Shown here: piece after piece, positions 17,698 to 22,837 of the stretch
Numbering within the stretch: position 1 is the first letter of the stretch
Layout: every line of letters starts with the position of its first letter
Source of the DNA: a bacterium
GTDB taxonomy: Bacteria > Zhuqueibacterota > Zhuqueibacteria > Oceanimicrobiales > Oceanimicrobiaceae
Assembly: GCA_046757525.1 (NCBI GenBank)
Contig: JBHHYI010000060.1
Span: 1 to 22,837, forward strand
DNA: 22,837 nucleotides
Direction of reading: 5' to 3'
The notes under the pieces: model-generated
What the model saw: the letters and a program-made list of their open reading frames with translations, nothing else
Told to the model about the DNA's origin: nothing
The model's database searches: none
Program-made: the position numbers and the translations under genes

Positions 17698-18966
17698 TCA
17701 GATGAATTGTTGACGAATCACCTGGTAGAAATCATACACATCGGCGAAGCTGTTGTACAGCGGGACCGGCGCGACTCGAATGACATCCGGTTCCCGCCAG
17801 TCGCAGACGATGTTTTCGTCGAGCAACCGCTGGTGCACTTTGTGTCCATCGTGTTTAACCTGGATGGACAACTGGGCGCCTCTTTGGCTCTTGTCTTTCG
17901 GCGTGATGATGGCAAAGCGTTCGTTGGGTATTTGCTGCAACAGATATTCTAAGTAGCCGGTAAGCAACTCGCTCTTTTCCCGCAGGCGTTCCATGCCCAC
18001 CTGGTCGAAGATTTCCAGGGAGGCACGCATGGCCGCCAGCGGCAAGATCGACGGGTTGCTCAATTGCCAGCCTTCAGCTCCAGGAATGGGATCGAAATCC
18101 GGCCCCATCTCAAATCGTGTATTCTTGTTGTGTCCCCACCAGCCCGCAAATCGGGGCACAGCAGGATTGTTTGCGTGCCTTTCATGGACGAAACAGCCTG
18201 CCGTGCTGCCAGGCCCGGAGTTCAGATATTTGTAGGAACACCAGACCGCAAAATCCACACCCCACTGGTGCAGGCTCAGAGGCAAATTCCCGGCGGCGTG
18301 GGCCAGATCAAAGCCGACCATGCAGCCGCCTGCGTGTCCAGCCTGCGTGATTCTGTCCATTTCAAACGCCTGACCGGTCAAATAGTTGATCCCGCCCAAC
18401 AGGACCAAGGCAACCGATTCCCCTTCGCTTGCCAGAAAAGCTTCGATGTCCTCGGTGCGAATGGTTGCTTCGCCAGAGCGCGGTTGTAATGGCACCAGCG
18501 ATGTCTCTGGATCCAGCCCGTGGAACTTTATTTGCGACTTGACGGCGTATTGATCCGACGGAAAGGCGTTGGCTTCGATGACGATCTTGTGACGCGCTGG
18601 CGTAGGCCGGTAAAACGAAACCAGCATCAGATGCAAATTCACCGTCAAAGAATTCATGACCACGACCTCGACAGGTTTAGCGCCTACCAATTTCGCACAC
18701 GGTTCGGTGAGCAATTCGTGATAAGGCAGCCAGGGATGTTTAGCCTTGAAATGGGCGTCAACGGCCAGGGTTGCCCAATCTCGCAATTCTTGTTCCACCT
18801 GGGAACGCACAGATTTGGGTTGCAGACCCAGAGAATTGCCACAGAAATAGCGGCACGCTTTGCCATTATTGGGTCGGGGGAAGTAAAACTCGTCTCGGTA
18901 CTTGGCTAATGAATCCTTTGCGTCCAGTTCTGCCGCAAAAGCTTGATCTGTTTGGTAATCGGTCAT
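17698..18966 (-). CDS. kynU: Kynureninase
   Basis: YFCGNSLGLQP, MNSLTVNLH, AFPSDQY, FDLAHAAGN, WCSYKYLNSGPG and GWWGH motifs. Confidence 0.95.
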   Translation of the reverse strand: MTDYQTDQAFAAELDAKDSLAKYRDEFYFPRPNNGKACRYFCGNSLGLQPKSVRSQVEQELRDWATLAVDAHFKAKHPWLPYHELLTEPCAKLVGAKPVEVVVMNSLTVNLHLMLVSFYRPTPARHKIVIEANAFPSDQYAVKSQIKFHGLDPETSLVPLQPRSGEATIRTEDIEAFLASEGESVALVLLGGINYLTGQAFEMDRITQAGHAGGCMVGFDLAHAAGNLPLSLHQWGVDFAVWCSYKYLNSGPGSTAGCFVHERHANNPAVPRFAGWWGHNKNTRFEMGPDFDPIPGAEGWQLSNPSILPLAAMRASLEIFDQVGMERLREKSELLTGYLEYLLQQIPNERFAIITPKDKSQRGAQLSIQVKHDGHKVHQRLLDENIVCDWREPDVIRVAPVPLYNSFADVYDFYQVIRQQFI

Positions 18967-19007
18967 GGGAAACTCAGAATATCAGGGTTCATATTTTTCA
19001 CTAAAAT

Positions 19008-19126
19008 CTCATTGCAAGACTCCAGCTTCGGAACGCCATTGCCGCAGAAGCTTCGCTGTCAACATGCCTTCTCGCTGTCTGGAAGCCGAGCTTCGCGTGT
19101 GCCCAGACTGGAGGTTGGACATTAAG
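19008..19126. repeat. Degenerate nested-palindrome (REPIN-like) element
   Basis: Outer CTCCAG (19020-19025) and CTGGAG (19108-19113) arms; inner GAAGCT (19047-19052) and AGCTTC (19089-19094) arms. Confidence 0.4.
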
Positions 19127-19193
19127 TACAGAAATTGATAGGACAAAATCATTCAAAGAATTATTTTGTCTTTTGGGGTTCCGGCTTTGTCCG
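19121..19193 (-). repeat. AT-rich dispersed repeat, inverted relative to 22724-22811
   Basis: The reverse complement of 19142-19193 matches 22724-22775 at 47/52. The reverse complement of 19121-19141 matches 22791-22811 at 16/21. Confidence 0.9.
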
Positions 19194-19255
19194 TGTCAAT
19201 CCGTGATAATCAGTGGCTTCATTGTGTTGGCAGTTCTTGAAAAACTGTGCATTTC

Positions 19256-19348
19256 TGTCAGTCGGGCGTCCGTCAAGGGCCGGACCTCTAACTGGCCCGT
19301 CAAGGACCGTCCGGCAGCCGCCGGATGGCTGGCCTGACCGGTGCAAGA
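19256..19348 (+). repeat. 93-bp GC-rich multi-hairpin dispersed repeat, copy 2
   Basis: 89/93 identical to 15258-15350. Confidence 0.95.
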
Positions 19349-19391
19349 CCTGAGGGGACACTCCCGTTCTTTTGAGTTTTTACGGAAGTTC

Positions 19392-20411
19392 TCACTTGTT
19401 AGAGATGTCCGCATGAAAAATCTCTGACTTCGGATTAAAACCCAGCCAGCCATCCTCGTAGGCCAAAACGCCAGGCAGCAGGTTGCCTTTGGCATCTTCG
19501 GCCCAGGCGGTTAAAGCGTCTTTTTCATAAAACACCTGAATGGTCTGGTTTTCAATTTGCAATTTTAGTGGACTGGTGGCCGCCTCTAATTCTCGAAATG
19601 GGAAGAACATGGGCTTGGTACCCACGAACAAGCCGAGTCCCAGGTTCGAGGTGTCGTGTCCTGTGGGCCGCTGTTTGGGTCGAGGCGTTCCCGGATGCCA
19701 GTTGCGGTAGATGTACGGGCGGCCCTCTTCGCCTTTGACCACCATGGCTTTGGTGTCCGGATGGATTTCTCGCCAGTGCTTCCAGGTGGTTTGAATCGAG
19801 GGAAAGACGCGCAAAGGGGTCTCTTTCATGGGGCCGCTGATGGCCTTGCCATCGAGCTGCGACCAGATGCTTTGCGATTCCCGATCGACGATCAGCAGGT
19901 TGTTCTTGAGCAAGCCTTCTGCAAAATCGAAAGTTAGCTTTTGGTCTCCTACACGACGGTCGTACACGACGCCCGAGCCAGTGATCGGTCACCAGGTCGG
20001 GGCCAGAGGCGTATCGCCCACGTGATCGTCGACGATTTCATACATGGCCAGGTAGCGGATGGGGTAGGCCATGGCCTGCCCTTTGACCACTACGCCCAGC
20101 ACCAGATCGTCGTCGCTGAGCGGTGCTTCGTCTGCCGCCAGTGCCGGCAGGTCGACTGGCACCTGGTGCACCGCGACCTCGACCTCTTCCACTGGCCCGC
20201 CGGGACGTGCTTGCATGTAGCCTTTGACGCTCTTTGGCGGTTCAGGCAGGGCTTCTTCCGTTGGGGCAGCCGCCGAGGTTTGCTGGCTTTGCTCGACGGT
20301 CTGTCGGGTGGAATCCACAACTGGAGGCCTGGAACAAGCCCAGGCAACCAACATCCAGCACAAAATCCCCATGAGTCCAGATTTAACGAAAGCTCCGGTA
20401 AGTTTTAACAC
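19392..20411 (-). CDS. DUF3179-domain selenoprotein (339 aa, Sec at codon 141), putative lipoprotein
   Basis: Two in-frame ORFs are joined by a single TGA (19991-19989). Readthrough gives PLAPTW-U-PITGSGVVYDRR...NNLLIVDRESQSIWSQ, matching the DUF3179 pattern TYCPLxxSG...NLxxxDRxTxSxWSQ. GTG start has GGGAGG upstream; the hydrophobic leader ends AWA-C. Confidence 0.85.
19950..19988 (-). promoter_or_regulatory. Candidate bacterial SECIS element
   Basis: Hairpin GGC-GUCG-[UGUA]-CGAC-c-GUC (19973-19955). The loop starts 22 nt after the UGA and has G at its second position. Confidence 0.6.
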
Positions 20412-20571
20412 AATATCCTCCCTAAGAATTTAGTCATTATTTATTCAAAAACTGGTTTCCTGCTGACAACGTTTTCTTAGCCGATTTCCGCCAGGATTGC
20501 AACGCAATCGTCGCGATTGAGCATTGGGCCAACGCGGGCGAAGAGGATTGCAGCCGAGAGGTTTCCTGTTG

Positions 20572-21390
20572 TCATTCGAATTCTGTTTTGTAAATGAGCA
20601 CTCTGCTTGGCGCCGCGTCGGCAACAAAGTTTGGAATTTGCAAGTTCAAAAGATAGGGGCCGTCTACTATTTCATCGGGAACGTAGATCATTTCGGTGAT
20701 CGTTTTTAACGAATGATTGCGTTGGTCCACTTCGTGACTGTCCTGCGCTACGTTCCAGAAAATGTGGTGGCAGCTCAGCTTCCCCTGGTCAAATGCTCTG
20801 TCGACGGAAGGAAGGTCCACCAACAGATGTTGTATCCCCAAATCGCAAATGGTTTGCATGGCTTGCAGCGAAAAGAACGGCGGGGGATGGTCCAGGTAGT
20901 TCCTTGACATTTTTGTGGCAGAATTAGGCAGCGTGCGCACGATCAAGCCGTGCAAGAATGCAACCGGGCTGTCTTTAAGGGCCGTTCGTAACGACTCCTG
21001 CGTAATCATCAGGTCTCCGCCTTCTTTGTCTGGCGCGTAGGAATCATCGGCGTCTGAGGCCTTTGCCGGCGTGACTGAAACAAGTGTTGCCGGCAGGAAG
21101 CTATGCCGCAGCACGGTGTGCACTGAAATTCTTTCGTATGAAATGTGACCCACGCATTCGGTGTGCGTGCCGTTGCAGTGTGGGATGATGGTGTATTCCT
21201 CAAAATTGCAACTGCCGCCGCGGCGCGTATCGCCCACGAAGTTGCCGTCTTCGTACGCTCTTGCCCTGGCCCTGGGTACGCCATAGGCGTTCGGCTGCTC
21301 ACCCTGGAACCGCACCGGAATGCTGATGTCGATTGGGTGGGCGAGATCGACGCGGCAGGTTTGATTTCCGATTTGAAAATCTACTTTCAC
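20572..21390 (-). CDS. Cyclase-family metal hydrolase, probable kynurenine formamidase (KynB-like)
   Basis: [19 protein letters not shown] and TITEM motifs; located among kynurenine genes. The likely start is GTG 21390, overlapping the ACMSD stop (GTGA). Confidence 0.8.
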   Translation of the reverse strand: MKVDFQIGNQTCRVDLAHPIDISIPVRFQGEQPNAYGVPRARARAYEDGNFVGDTRRGGSCNFEEYTIIPHCNGTHTECVGHISYERISVHTVLRHSFLPATLVSVTPAKASDADDSYAPDKEGGDLMITQESLRTALKDSPVAFLHGLIVRTLPNSATKMSRNYLDHPPPFFSLQAMQTICDLGIQHLLVDLPSVDRAFDQGKLSCHHIFWNVAQDSHEVDQRNHSLKTITEMIYVPDEIVDGPYLLNLQIPNFVADAAPSRVLIYKTEFE

Positions 21391-22400
21391 GTTACTGTGT
21401 CTAAGTTTAGCCACTCCACCGCCGTGCCGCCGAGCAATCTGTCTCTGGTGGCAGCGTCCAATTCAGACATGGACTCAATGAGTTGCCCTGGATGATGCTC
21501 ACCCAATGGAAACGGGTAGTCGGAGCCCAGGGCAATTTTGTCGGCGCCCACCAGGCGGATCATGTAGCGCAAAACGTCGGCGTCGTGTACCAGCGAATCC
21601 AAATAGAATTTACCGAGATAGGCTTTTGGATTGATCGGGTTGTCCACGGCGCAGAGGTCAGGGCGGACGTTGAACCCGTGTTCGATCCGGCCAATGGTGG
21701 CGGGGAAGGCGCCACCGCCGTGCGCAAAGGCTACGCGCAAGTTGGGTAGCCGCTCAAACACTCCGCCGAAAATCATGGAGCAAATGGCCAGCGAGGTTTC
21801 CGCCGGCATGCCCACCAGCCAGGGCAGCCAGTATTTTGGCATTTTGTCTTTGCCCATCATATCCCACGGGTGCACGAAAATGGCCGCCCCCCATTCCGAA
21901 GCCGCTTCAAAAAAGGGGAAGAGCGCTTCCTCGTTTAAGTTCCAGTCGTTGATGTGGGTGCCAATCTCAATTCCGGCCAATCCTAACTCCTTGCAGCGCT
22001 CCAGTTCCTTGATGGCCAGGTCCGGCGTTTGCAAAGGGACCGTTCCCAAACCCACAAAGCGACCGGGATTTTCAGCCACAACCCCGGCGATGTGGTCGTT
22101 CAGGAGTTTCGACAAATCCAGCGCGTCGGCGGGCCTGGCCCAGTAGCTGAACATCACCGGAACGGTTGAAAGCACCTGCACGGTTACGCCGCAGGCGTCG
22201 CTTTCTTTGATTCGAACCGCCGGATCCCAGCAGTTGTGCTGGATTTCGCGGAAGAACTTGCCGTCCATCATCATACGGGCACAGCCGGGCCGGTGGTGCT
22301 CGAGCTGAATGAAACCGCCGTAGCCGTATTTCGCTTTCAGATCAGGCCACTTTTCAGGAAGAATGTGGGTGTGGATATCGATTTTCAGTTTCGAATTCAT
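21387..22400 (-). CDS. nbaD: 2-amino-3-carboxymuconate-6-semialdehyde decarboxylase (ACMSD, amidohydrolase superfamily)
   Basis: [45 protein letters not shown] and [11 protein letters not shown] motifs. Confidence 0.93.
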   Translation of the reverse strand: MNSKLKIDIHTHILPEKWPDLKAKYGYGGFIQLEHHRPGCARMMMDGKFFREIQHNCWDPAVRIKESDACGVTVQVLSTVPVMFSYWARPADALDLSKLLNDHIAGVVAENPGRFVGLGTVPLQTPDLAIKELERCKELGLAGIEIGTHINDWNLNEEALFPFFEAASEWGAAIFVHPWDMMGKDKMPKYWLPWLVGMPAETSLAICSMIFGGVFERLPNLRVAFAHGGGAFPATIGRIEHGFNVRPDLCAVDNPINPKAYLGKFYLDSLVHDADVLRYMIRLVGADKIALGSDYPFPLGEHHPGQLIESMSELDAATRDRLLGGTAVEWLNLDTVT

Positions 22401-22582
22401 CGCAGCAGTTGAAATATTTTAAACGACCTGCTTGAGCAGACGGATGAGAAGAACTTTCCGTATTGAATAAACAACACTTGAAACGTCAAAGAACGCATGA
22501 ATCACGCACCTTCGGCACCCTCGGCTTAACGCAAATGTTAGCAATTTTTTTGTTTCATCACGAAGTACACGAAGACTTTTTT

Positions 22583-22651
22583 TTAAAGAACAAACTGTTT
22601 AATCCCACCGGACACATCCAATCACTTGATTTGACAACTCATCAAATCCAC
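22583..22651 (-). pseudogene. Internally deleted GxxExxY-family (PD-(D/E)xK nuclease-like) gene remnant
   Basis: Minus strand reads GTG-GA, then FDELSNQVIGCV (22646-22611), 1 nt, then GGIKQFVL-stop (22609-22583). These resemble typical GxxExxY termini (MEFDELSNxVIGCAIEVH...DGIKRFVL). It is followed by CTTCGTGTACTTCGTG. Confidence 0.65.
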
Positions 22652-22667
22652 GTCGTGCTACAAGCCG

Positions 22668-22721
22668 ACAACATCGTTCTTTTTTAGCAAAGTTTAATTT
22701 TGTCTTTTGAATAATTCCTAA
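22668..22721 (-). repeat. Inverted copy of the inner-element left end (15104-15157)
   Basis: The reverse complement TTAGGAATTATTCAAAAGACAAAATTAAACTTTGCTA matches 15104-15140 at 34/37, with weaker similarity continuing to about 54 nt. Confidence 0.9.
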
Positions 22722-22837
22722 CCCGGACCAAGCGGGAACCCAAAAAGACAAAATGATTTTTTGAATGATTTTGTCGTCAATTATTTTGTCTTATCAGTTT
22801 TTATACTTATTTGATTTGGTTGCGGGCTCCGCCGCGC
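22717..22837 (+). repeat. MITE-like element with GC-rich ends and an AT-rich TTTTGTC core (runs to the window edge)
   Basis: Left CCTAACCCGGACCAAGCGGGAACCCAAA and right TTTGGTTGCGGGCTCCGCCGCGC are loosely inverted. The core is shared with 19121-19193. Confidence 0.6.

Noticed and set aside
15258..19348. CRISPR array or tRNA (including tRNA-Sec) for the 93-bp repeats
   Set aside because: Only two copies, 4 kb apart, with no repeat-spacer periodicity, no cas genes, and no T-loop, anticodon arm or CCA layout.
19392..20411. Two separate genes, or a nonsense pseudogene
   Set aside because: The stop falls exactly on the family's conserved Cys, both halves are intact and in frame, and a SECIS-like hairpin follows. 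Sec readthrough is more parsimonious, though unproven.
296..22146. Numerous antisense and alternate-frame ORFs (for example 2883-3623, 5360-5911, 16665-17198 and 21631-22146)
   Set aside because: They are shadows of well-supported genes and have no independent motifs.
1..22837. Genome-wide UGA reassignment (genetic code 4 or 25)
   Set aside because: thrC, the DUF6516 gene, the Omp85 gene, ACMSD and others end at TGA at the expected lengths, and Trp is encoded by TGG.

Overview
Bacterial chromosomal window of about 50% GC. The gene content suggests an FCB-superphylum organism such as KSB1, but that is inference only. In order it holds thrC; a DUF6516/TumE-like toxin-antitoxin pair; glpD coupled to a geranylgeranyl-reductase-family oxidoreductase; a 1060-aa Zn-peptidase/PD40/Omp85 outer-membrane fusion; two CBS proteins followed by korAB; an MNT-HEPN pair; a rhomboid protease; a UbiE-like methyltransferase; and a minus-strand kynurenine cluster (ACMSD, cyclase/formamidase, kynU, kmo). 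There are two main highlights. (1) The ORFs at 19989-20411 and 19392-19967 are one in-frame DUF3179 gene whose conserved Cys codon is TGA, followed by a SECIS-like hairpin. This predicts an exported selenoprotein (W-U-P-I-T) sitting inside the kynurenine cluster. (2) Three intergenic regions (about 15.0-15.5, 19.0-19.4 and 22.4-22.8 kb) share non-coding modules pairwise. One region holds nested elements bounded by 5-bp direct repeats and another holds an internally deleted GxxExxY nuclease remnant, which together suggest a modular miniature mobile-element system. All calls come from reading motifs by eye; no searches were run.
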